A stretch of 64,000 nucleotides of DNA from positions 64,916,001 through 64,980,000 of the forward strand of contig NC_086097.1 of NCBI RefSeq assembly GCF_963921235.1, read 5' to 3'. The notes under the pieces are model-generated. The model was given only the letters and a program-made list of their open reading frames with translations. It was not told the DNA's origin and made no database searches. The position numbers and the translations under genes were made by a program. Origin of the DNA: Mobula hypostoma. Taxonomy: Eukaryota. Each line of letters starts with the position of its first letter. The stretch's first letter is position 1. Positions 45,906 through 57,304 of the stretch are shown in pieces.

Positions 45906-48900
45906 TTATCTCGCCAATGTATTTTACTTAATGTGAAATATTAAATAACGGAACATTTGAAGGTGTCCATAGGTTCAATACGTTATCTATAAAGGATGTG
46001 CAATAAGGTTTCATTTGGTACTATCAGTGGTTGTGTTTACGTGAAGGTCAGTGTTTAACTCTGACTTTTGATATCATTGATAAAGCCAAGGGATAATTGC
46101 ACTTTAAGATTTTTTTTCACTATCGTTGAGTTATATACTTAAGTAATGTAAAAGTGCACTTGCTTCTTAGGAATAACTAAATATCTTTAGCCAGAGTGGC
46201 AGCATAAATGCTTGTTCGCTTTGTGACTGTGCTCGATATTAATGCACAAGGATCATTTTGCTTCAATTCAGGGGCTCTTATTCAATAGCCAAGAAGTCTT
46301 TCAGGAGAAAGAAGGCTCCCGCATGAGTTAACACCGTTCAAGTGTAAACCTCTGCCCTGATTATACTTAACATCTCTTGGAGAGGCGAGATTTCCACAAG
46401 ATTTGATGTTAGAATTTTATTCTTGAATCCACAAGTTAAAAGACTCTTCCCAGCTTTGAAGTATAGAGTACCATCCATGAATCTAGCGGTGTCTTGACAT
46501 TTATCGTCTAGCTGTGGTGCAAAGTCCACGATTTTGGCCATTTCATTTAAACTAAAGAAACGTAACTAAATTATCCGAAAGAAAACTGCTTTATTTAAAA
46601 AATATTTGAACAAGATGTATTCTGGTCATGAAACATTATTTTAAAATTGCCTTGCATTCACTTTACTTAACCGATATCGTGCAGACCATTTTACCTGCAT
46701 TATGAATTACTCAAGTAGTATGCAGTTAGATTTGATTTATCTATTTATACTATTGCAAGATGCCTTAAAGGTACATTTGTATGTTCCGTGTTCTCTATTC
46801 ATGGCAGTGTCAATAATGTCTTCTATCAATCTCCATCTATTGTTAATTGTATTTATGATAGGTGTGATAAGACCATTTATCACAATCACATCTCCTAAAC
46901 TGCTACTGCCAACTGTGTTTTTGAATATGCGTGGTTTCATCAATCCATTATTTAAAGCTATGTTTCTTTTGCTTTATATCTTTTATAATTGTTTACTTAC
47001 TTTCGAGCCGAGATACTATAGGATAGGATGAAATGTTTGTCAAAGGTTGAAAAATATTCCATGCATAATTAATACTGCAAGTCCTTAAGTCAGTCAACGA
47101 TAGAATCCCAGCTTTGGGAATATAGGTAAATAAAAAATGAAAAACCGGATTAATAACGGACAGTCATTATAATTCTGTATTTAATGTTTAGGTATAATTG
47201 TGCATTGGTTTATGATTATTTGATGATTTTATAACATGTACGTTATTTTAAATTTGCATTATTTTCAATATGGTGTTAACGCTGGTTCTTCTTGAACAAC
47301 AATACGTGTAACAACTTGTAAATAAGTACAGTCACAAAGCGAGTAAGGGTCTGAATGAGATTTTTTGTGCATGAAATATACGCCTGAACTCACCATATTA
47401 TCGAGTGTCATTCTCTTGCTCAGTTTTGGAATTAACCAAAGAAAGATCATATGCAAAGTGGACTTTCATACAATTCTATTCTGAGAAAGGTGGTCCTTTC
47501 TATGGATATATGAACGCCATGGCGGGGAATGAGATTTTTCAAAAGCTTCTGACCTTGCACAATCCAGACGATAACACTAGAGATAGCATACAAATTGTCA
47601 GTCAAACAGTCTCATTTTCAAAGCAAACCGTCACGCCAAAACCAAGGTGTTTCATTCATTGATGTACATGAGATAGACTTCTTCTGAAATTTGATGACCA
47701 ATATAAATCTCAGAAATGTAAGGTGTTTTACACTCAAAAGAACTTTTCTTTTATGAAAACATCAAAAATTTCGAATAAAATTTCAGTTTGTCTCCTGGCC
47801 CTGTGGTCTCACGTATGCGAATCTTCACAATGTAAAGAAGTATAAATTTTAATATGAATCATAACTGTTTGAAAGCTAGTCCAGCAGTTGTTGAGATATG
47901 AAATGTATTAAGTAAATATAATATTCTATTAGCTTCAGAAGAATGAGACTGCATTTTATGTTTCACCTGGCAGTAAGCGATCTGAATAACTGGTCGACAC
48001 AATGGTCAGCCGCACAGAACCGAACCCCTTTAATTGCCTTTTAAGTGTAATTAGTGTTATTATAGTGAAAATCGTAATAGCGATGTAGCAGCGTGTTACG
48101 TTAATTTAGTTTTTTTGATAGCTGAAACATACAGTGAGCTGCTGCTAATTGTTTAGATTTGTTTTGCTATGCTTTGGCAAAAAGGATGTTCATTTTTACA
48201 TTTATCTTTTGATTTTTTTTTACCCTCTCCAGTCAAAGCCTGATGAACACTGAACGCACCATCTTGAATATGCTTGAAAAGTGCAAAGATTTATTCACCG
48301 CTAAAATATTCAATGACATTAAATAAGCATTTAAACTATTTCATATGAAGATTCCTTTTCTAAATTTAACTTAGTTTATCAATCTATATTTTTGTCTGCT
48401 TAAATGGGAGTGGTGTAGTTTGGCCTTGATGTTCGGCGCTGAATCGATGGGCCAAGGAGCCCGCTTCCGTGCCTTACACATTTTACTAATAAAAATGTTT
48501 ACTACCAAATTATATTCAAATGAGTAAATATTTTTTGTCGTGCTAGAGGGACTAAACTGGTACAAGACACAGCGGAAGTCACGAGTAATTCAACTTCAGC
48601 ATCAAGGTTAATTGATAAAATTTCACTCCATGGAAAATACTTTCAATAGCCATATGCTGAAAATTTGCAAGCTGTATAAATATGCGAATCAGGTTCAGAA
48701 TTGGGTAGGCTCTGAGAAAGTAACCGGCGTAATATCCAAGCCTCCGCATCGGCGTTGGACCCAACTTGAAGTCCAGAAACCATTGGGTAGATTTAACAAG
48801 CCAAGTCAGTGTGGACCATTTTTAAACGACGTTCCATGAGACAATACATTTTTGATGATACTGTTTGAAAGTATTAAGGCTGTAATTTTATCCGGGGGCA

Positions 48901-49889
48901 TTACACTGTGAAAAAAAAAATCAAGTGTCTTTTTTTATTGCAATCCTACGGTACATCCTCAATAGGTACAGAGCATCTGTCTATGTCAGTTACTCCAATG
49001 TTCATAACGAATAGAGCAGATATACATGGGACGACAAGAGAAAGTTGTTTTGATGTAAAACATGCTTGCAATAATTAGACATTCTGTACTTGCTTGATGA
49101 TTAGCTGTAGAAAGTAATATCAACAAACAGCTGAATTAATTAGTGGAAAGTGAAGCCAATAGAAAATATGTACGACAGCGCAGAGCTGTCCAAATCACAA
49201 CACGCTTAACTTTACGACGTTGAAATTCCGAAGCAACCCAGCAATAATTAGTAACACTGCAGTAGGTCGAGAGCAAACGAGCTGTGCGTTTGAGAGACTC
49301 CATGTGACAACTGAACGCGAACAGCGGCCTCTGTTGATGGATTCTCCTCACAGTTATTCGCCGGCTGGGAGGCGGGGAAAGACACCAGTGTGTGGCCAAT
49401 TGTTCCCGTTCTCCACATCTCCAGACTTTTAACAGGTAACTGTCATTAACTTTTCCTTTAGTAATAGAAATGGACGAGACGTTGTTCTCTATCGGGGTCA
49501 GAGAAAGATGGAGTTGCGATTTGACAATTAGATTCAATCCACGATTTTTATTTTCTAAACCCGATTCAATCCCAGAACCAAATGGTACGAATTCAGCTTT
49601 ATGAAGATTATGGATACGTCATCTATTTATCAACACACATATATACTGCAATTTTCTCGCAAATTATTTACAACTTAAAGTCAAAGCAAAATGAAACAAA
49701 TTATTTTTGTGAAGTGAATGTAAATTATTTTGCATCCAGATGCAATTCTAAAACGATAACATTTGGTATACTATCAGAAATATAGAACTTTGACAACATA
49801 TAGTTCTAATGCGCTTCCATGAGCCGAGGGATTTAGCTACCTCCCGAGATTTGCATAAATCTTTCCAATTGCAATGCACATCGAGAGCG

Positions 49890-50400
49890 GTGAATAGAAC
49901 ATAATTAGAGGCAAAGAGTTGAAAATAGGAAAGTTTTGTTGTATTTTAATGAAACTCTGGTCATGCCTGAACTGGAGTGCTGTATCCTGTCACCGCACTT
50001 TAGAAAGGATGCAAAGATGACGCAGAAAATGATTTAACAAAATCATCCCAGGGATGATGGATTTCACCTCCAAAGATGAACATGAAGAACTGGACTGTTG
50101 ACCTTCAAAGCGGGTTGAGAGGATATCTGATAGAGGTGTGAAAGTTCATAACTGGTACAGATAGAGTGAATAGAGGGATGTTCGTCTCCGGTTGAGTATA
50201 TTTTAACGAGAAGGCCAGACGATGGGGGAGAGATCGCGACGCGGATTTCTTCTGTTGCGGGCGGCGGGATCTCGCTATTTGTATAGGAGGTGGAGGAAGA
50301 TTCAATCTGGCCTTTCGAAAAGGGATTACATAGGAACTGGAGAAAATAGTTTACCGTAGTCGGGATGAACCTTGAATCAATAAACTGAGTAGATACTTCC
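49890..50400 (+). mobile_element. Very old CR1-clade LINE 3' fragment
   Basis: Remnants of LV.PELE.C...SPH.RKD and RLRGYLIEV coding sequence. Confidence 0.65.
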
Positions 50401-51908
50401 CACTTCGTCATTTAAACTCCCCACCCTTCTCTTTATTTCCCGATTTTCCTATTCTGATTAAAGGCAGTCGACCTGAAAAGTTGACCTTCAGATGCTAACA
50501 AATATTTCCAGTACATGTATCCTGTTTTTATTTCAGACATCCAGCGTCTGCAGTATTTTGCTTTTGGACTGAATAGAATGCTCGGATGAATGGGCATACA
50601 AGATTGCTTCTTTCTGTACCATAGCCATTCTACGATATTTCTCTTATTGTGCATCTTTTATTTAAAAAAAAATTAACGCCTCAGTTCACGGATGATATTT
50701 GTCATGTCGTTTGCCTGCATTGGAGCCTTCTCAGTAGTTGCATCCTTTCAAACTTTACGGACTCCAATGAAAAAGTAATACAGTGACCATATTAATACGA
50801 ATCAAACCTAATTCCCTTTGGTTCATTGTAGGATAGCAATGTCGACATATTCTCAGCAGAATATGCCATTAACAGAACTCAACAAACTATTGTTGGATGA
50901 TTCGATTGAATTGTTAGCCAGATGAAGTTCACAAGATTGTAAAGAAGAAATCTAAAGTTTAATCGAATCTATTGATTAATAAGAGACAGCGTATTCGGGA
51001 AAAAAATAACGTCTTCAGCGCTGGAAATACAATTCGGAAGATTTCTGCTGGAAAGGCAATCTTTCATGATGACAGAAGTGTGCTACTAAGTGCCGTGAGC
51101 GCACTGGTCAATTGCTAAATTAAGCGCTTTTCTAAACTATTGCAAAGTAGCTGTCCCTTAATTGAACTTTCGTATTTCTTTTAATATAATGTCATATATG
51201 TTCCCTTCCCAATTTCATACCGGTGGGAGAGTATTAAATTGTCACGCATAAAACGTTGAAAACGGATTTCTTTGAATCTTTGAAAGCGTATCTTTTCACT
51301 TGGAGAACTTTAAATGAAAAGGTACAGTCCTTCATTTAAAGAAACAGTGAAAGATGCATTTGTTCGAATGTGCGAAAGCCCCGCGAAAGGATTAAATCCT
51401 TTCTCACAAAGAATTGGAGCGATTTGTTCGTTTTAAAAGATTCAAAGACATACAATTGCATGTCAAAAATTGGCTACTAGAGCGTTACTGGGGGATTACA
51501 AATTTCTCACACGGTACCTTGAGCAAAGGACTGTGTTAGATATTTAGAAACGATTTCAGGTATTATTGAACTTATATTAAATGAACAGAAATACGGAAGA
51601 AAATAACAATTGGCTTCGTTGTGTGCGGCAAGTTTACATCTTAAATTGCACTGAATATACAGTACATAAACCAATTATTCAGTTTAGCTCATCTGCTACG
51701 CAGGACATGCGTAATTTCACAAGAAGGAACTGTTTTTTTAATGCTTCTTTGCCACATAATTCACTAGCAGAATACTTTCCCCCCCTTTAAGTCCTCGCCC
51801 AATCTTTTTTTACAAAATGCAAATTTTAAATCCAAGATTTACTCTATCCTCCAGTTCAAAGGTTTATTCTACTGATGCGAACTCGCCGATCCAGCAGAAT
51901 ATTATTTA

Positions 51909-51935
51909 TATATGTATGTATGTATGTATGTATAT
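51909..51935 (+). repeat. (TATG)n microsatellite
   Basis: Direct inspection. Confidence 0.9.
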
Positions 51936-52007
51936 AAGGTTTTTAGAATCACCCAAACAGCTGCATTCGTTCTACCTCTACAAAACTCCAGCAACATAAC
52001 ACGGGGA

Positions 52008-52076
52008 ACACACACAAAGTGCAGGAGGAATTCAGCAGGTCAGGCAGCATCTATGGAGAGAAATAAATAGTCGACA
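52008..52076 (-). mobile_element. Penelope-like terminal fragment
   Basis: Reverse complement of the shared GATGCTGCCTGACCTGCTGA..TCCTCC block, ending at GTCGAC. Confidence 0.65.
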
Positions 52077-53234
52077 CCTGGTAATGTAACAGCATCCCCT
52101 TAATACAGACGATTAAACTATCTGTTGCTCAATGTGGTATCGATGGCAATTCTCTGAACTTGGAACACTGAATACAGTGCTGACCCTAAATGGATTCGCG
52201 GAAATGCGCTTGCGTGTATAACAAATCGTATACTGTATTTCCATAACCGTAGTATATTTTCAAAAATCACACCCCTTTTCAGCAAACACTAAGATATAAC
52301 AATGAACAAATCATAATCATTGTCCTTCAAATACATCACAACATACCTGAAATTAACCACAGAAGCACCTTGTATATTTTCCCCACAATCTCATGACTAA
52401 GTAGTAAAGAGAGAATTTCTCAAATCCATGAATAGAAGAAGAGTAAATCTGTTAACCGTTTAATCTACTGGTTATATGATCAGCAAAACTCCTCAAAGTT
52501 GAAATATCCATTCAGGGGCCTGATTTTGTTATCAATTGTCATTGGAAACGCAGCAAAGATGTCAGTATAAGACTTAGTACCATTGAGGGTCTCTGTCAAC
52601 ACTCTTCATGCTAGAATTTGTCTACATCGGCATCCAGGATAAACACGCCCGTTGGGATTTAATATGGCACATTCTTTACAACTACCCACTCTAGTTCCCA
52701 AAGAAGAAGCTTCCAGTTTTCACAAACCCATTTATTGCACTAAGATGGATAAAGTTATAAACGAAACAGGAGAGGGTGTGGTTATGCAAGTATGAAGTGT
52801 TGACAGACTTTCCTGAAGCTTAGAATATCAATAATATCTGCAAATACACCAAGGTCCATTGACTTGTGAAGAAAATGGTGGTTTCTAACAGCACGCGTCA
52901 TCTCAGGGGGGAGTCCCTGCCTAACTGTTAACTGCCAGGTAGATTTGGCAAATTAATAATATTGCTGAATATCCTCTGCCTGGCTGAAAAATAATAATGT
53001 AGTTGGCCACTCCTTGGTTGACATTTCAAGTCCTGTGGTGATACCATTACATTATTTCATGATATACAACAAAGTTACATTATATTTATCTAATACGGCA
53101 GTGGATAAGCATTATTGTTGATGGTCCTAATACATTGCACAATAACTTTGAATCGATCTTCTGCCAATACATGTACATTGATGCATTCAAACAGGATGAA
53201 ATGACCATGAACAGAGATATAAGTTTTCAGACGA

Positions 53235-53541
53235 CTCAGAATCGGACTGTGGTCGGGCATGGCAGGGAGAGTTTTCTTCCTTCTCCCGTCTGCGTGAGAT
53301 GTGGGACATTTGAGAGACTTTGAACTTTTTACTGTGCCATAGACTGTTCTTCATCAAGTTATGGTATTGTTGCACTTTTGTAACTGTGTGTTATAATTGT
53401 GTGGTTTTGTTAGTTTTTTCAGTCTTGGTCTGTCCTGTGTTTTGTGATATCACACAGGAGGAAATATTGTATTGTTTCTTAATGCATGCATTACTAAATG
53501 ACAATAAAAGAGGACTGCCTGTCTTCATAATCTAATCTAAA
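53235..53541 (+). mobile_element. Probable LINE 3' UTR fragment
   Basis: AATAAA at ~53503 followed by an (AATCT)n tail; family not assigned. Confidence 0.5.
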
Positions 53542-55074
53542 ATATGTTTGTGTTTCACTGCAGTAAGCAATATCACAGGGTATTTTATTAAACATCTGGT
53601 ATTGAAGATTTTCAAATACTCTACCTACAATTTAAAAGCGACCCATTATAATTCAGCATTCTGTGTATGAGAGGGAGATGTACATCAATAGACTTGTATT
53701 GCTACCTTTGTGGGTGTCACAAATGCCAAATGAAGTTGTTCCAATCTGTGAAAATCACCTATCTAAACAGAGTTTAGAACTATTCTGAAAATGGCATTAT
53801 AAAATCAATGGTAGTATTTTCATTATTTATTGAAATTAGATAAAACCTACTTTATAAGTGAATTCAAATTAACCTTAATTTCTGTAAAGTCATCTTTACG
53901 GGTACACTCCTGTCACCATCTTGAGAAAAATAGTCCCACAGATGATTCGATCTTCTATTGCACTTTGAGTTTATTGTGTAGCCGGTCCAAATATGTGCTG
54001 ATTCCTGTATAACTTCTCGCTAGCATGTCTAATATGCAAATGAAAAAGTATTAATTTTCAGAGGAAAGTTTAAATGGTAATTCATATAGTTATTTTATTG
54101 TTAAGAAGTTAATAACCAAATATTGAAATACTTAATCAGCAATTTAACAAACAAAACCTATCATTTTTATTCTGCATGGAGCTCAGAATTATTTCTACCA
54201 CTCATTTGTGTCTTCTGTTTATGACTTTACCACACACTCCAACAGTTTTGACCCTAGATTTAGTATTAGAAATTTAGCTCTGCTTTTAAACTTGAACAAC
54301 TAAAATAATTCTGTTCAGCATTTTTGTTCTGGAGAGGGTCAAATAGTTATCAGATTTGCTGAGCACCACACAGTGGTTAATATCTATAACCATCTGTCTG
54401 ATTCAGCACTGTCTTAGCACTCCAAAAGGAAACAAGAGCAACTTAGAACCATCCAGAAGGTTACGGTGAACTATTTCCATTATAAGATGTGGGAGACAAA
54501 TTAGTGATCTATTGCCCATCCATAATTACTCTGGCATTGCATAGTTTGTAGAACTATAGAGCTGATAAAGTCAACCATATAGCTGGGGGTACGGAGTCAC
54601 AATTATTCCAGACTGAGCAAGGGCAGCCAATTACATGGCCTAAAGGACAATAATGAATCACATTTGGTCCTTAGGCCAGTCTGGTTGTTCATTGTCACTC
54701 TTCCCAATCTTCAAAGTTCAAAGTTTAAAGTTAAAATCTTATTATTCATGGCAGGTTTATTAACTTAGTGAAATTAAATTCCCTGCTTCTTTCACTGGTA
54801 TGTGATCCCGTGGCTCTAAATCATTAGTACTGGGCCCTAGATGAGATATTCATAGCCCACAGTTATGTTACTTGACTAAGATCAGAGTCCTTGACCGCTC
54901 ACCAAGAGGCATAAGTTTGAATCCCACCACGAGGGCCAGAGAACTTAAATTCATTGAATTAACTAACTGTGAAATTAAAGCTTGCCTCTGTACTGATAGC
55001 CATAAAGCCTCCAGATTATTTTAAAACCCATTCAGGTTCATTACTATCCTTCAGAGAAAGCATTTTGCTCAGCA

Positions 55075-56331
55075 TTCTGTACCAACATCCCCTCAAAACT
55101 AACCTTGGCCTCAATACCTCCTTGCTTTTGGATCCTTGCTTTCCTAGCTTGTAGACCTCAGTCAGTTTGGCTTGACAACAACATGCCCTCAATGATCTCC
55201 ATCAAAGCAGGTGCACCACAAGGCTGTGTGCTTATCCACTCCTATACTTATTTTACACTTATGACTGTGTGGCTAAGTACAGCTCTAAAGCCATAATTAA
55301 GTTTGCTGATGACACCACTGTCATGGGCCGAATTGAAGGTGGTGATGTATCAGCATATAGGAAGGAGATTGAAAATCTGCCTGAGTGATGCCATAACAAC
55401 ATACTCTTACTCACTGTCAGCAAGACCAAGGAGCCTTTAGGAGGGGGAAACCAGAGGTCCATGAGCCAGTCCTCATCAGAAGAACAGAGAAGGAGAGGGT
55501 CAGCAACTTTAAATTCCTTTGTATTACTATTTTGGAGGACCCATCCTGAGCCCAGCATGTAAGTGCAATTACAAAGAAAGCATAGCAGTGCCTCTACTTC
55601 TTTAGGAGTTTCTGAGGATTCTGCATGACATCTAAAACTTTGACAAACTTCTACAGATGTGTACTGGAGAGTATATTGGCATCACAGCCTGATATGGAAA
55701 GACCAGTATCTTAGAATGGAAAATCATACAAAAGGTAGTGAATATGGCACAGTCTATCAAGGGTAAAGCACTTCCCACCATTGAGCACACCTATACGAAT
55801 TGTTGTCGCAGGAGAGCGCATCCATCATCAGGGACCCCCATCCCCCAAGACATGCTCTCCTCTAGCTGCTGCCATCAAGAAGAAGATACAGGAGCCTTAA
55901 GATTCACACTACCAGGTTCAGGAACAGTTATGAACCAAAGGGGATAACCTCATTCAACTTAATTTGCCCCATCATTGAAACGTTCCCACAACTTATAAAC
56001 TCACTTTCAAGGACTCTTCATCCCATGTTCTTGATATTTATTGCTTATTAATTTACTGTTATGATTTCTTTCTTTTTGTATATGCAGTTTGTTGTCTTTT
56101 GCACACTGGTTGAGTTTCCAAGTACTCTTGTTAACTTTGGATAATAATAATAATAAAAAGATTTGAAAAGAAAGAGTTTCCAAGTTGGAGTGGTCCTTCA
56201 TTGATTCTATAATGGTTATTATTCTATTATGGATTTATTGAGTACTCCCACAAGAAAATTAACCTCAGGATAGCATATGGTAACATATATGTACTTTGAT
56301 AATATATTTACTTTGAAATTTGAACTTTGAA
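55075..56331 (+). mobile_element. Rex1/Babar-type LINE 3' part
   Basis: GAPQGCVL and KFADDTTV.G codons at ~55210-55330; high similarity to 24985-25834; (ACTTTGA)n tail at ~56309-56331. Confidence 0.9.
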
Positions 56332-56589
56332 ATCTGCCACCTTTTCCCAATTTAGCCAACATGCAACAGCAGATCCATCTGTGTGGTTGATTCTTACAGC
56401 TTCCTCAATTCAGGGGAAATAAGGAAGAACAATAAATACTAGCATTTACAGCGTCCACAATTTGTGAATGAATGAGTGAGTAAAATACCTTGAGAAGTAG
56501 CAGACCAAATAAAATTACCATAATGTTATTGACTTCTGTCTTTATACAGAAAAGGTAGGTTATTTGTAATGCATTGTAGTGAAGGAGCA

Positions 56590-57005
56590 TGTGGTCCTAA
56601 CAAGAACGACTAAGTAGCTTAGGCCTGTATTTCCTGGGACTCAAAAGAATGGACGGTGACGTATTAAGCCATAAAAGATCCCAAGGAGGATGTAAATGTA
56701 GATGCTGGGATGTTTACACCTGTAGGAAAGTCTTAATCAAGAGGGCATAACTATAAGGTAAGTCGCCAATCATGTAAAACTGAAGTACATGGAATTTTCT
56801 TCCCATTAAGCATGTTGATCAGAATTCTTTGCCCCAGTGGGCGATAGAAGCTGGATCATTTGATGTAGAGTTGGATAAATAATTTGTAGATTAAGGAATA
56901 GAGAGGAATTGAGAAATGGTACAGAGAGTAGAGGCAGGCACAGGTCAACCACAATCATATTAAATGGAGATGATTTGTAGCACCCGATGGCTTACCCATG
57001 CTCAC
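56590..57005 (+). mobile_element. Old CR1-clade LINE 3' fragment
   Basis: Collinear with the CR1 3' ends at 60060-60500 and 62940-63395. Confidence 0.65.
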
Positions 57006-57117
57006 GCTCTTGAATGTCCTTGTAGATAATAGCAAACAATGTTGTACTTATATCCAAAATAAAACAAGAGCATGAGAGATAGAAAAAGGTAGGGATAAGG
57101 GAACAAACATTTTGGAG

Positions 57118-57265
57118 GCATAGGAGACAACAGATCCTGGAATTTGGAGCAACCCTGTGCAGGAGGAACTCAGTGAGTCAAGCAGCACCCACGAAGGGAA
57201 GGAATAGTCAATTTCTTAGTTCAAAATTCTGCATCAGGTTGAGAGTGGAGAGAAGAGATGGCCAT
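57118..57265 (-). mobile_element. Diverged Penelope-like terminal fragment
   Basis: GGAGGAACTCAGTGAGTCAAGCAGCA block; reverse strand has CTGATGCAG at the hammerhead-core position. Confidence 0.5.
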
Positions 57266-57304
57266 TTAAAGTGGAGAGTAGAAGAGGTGATACAAGGGCT
57301 GGTC

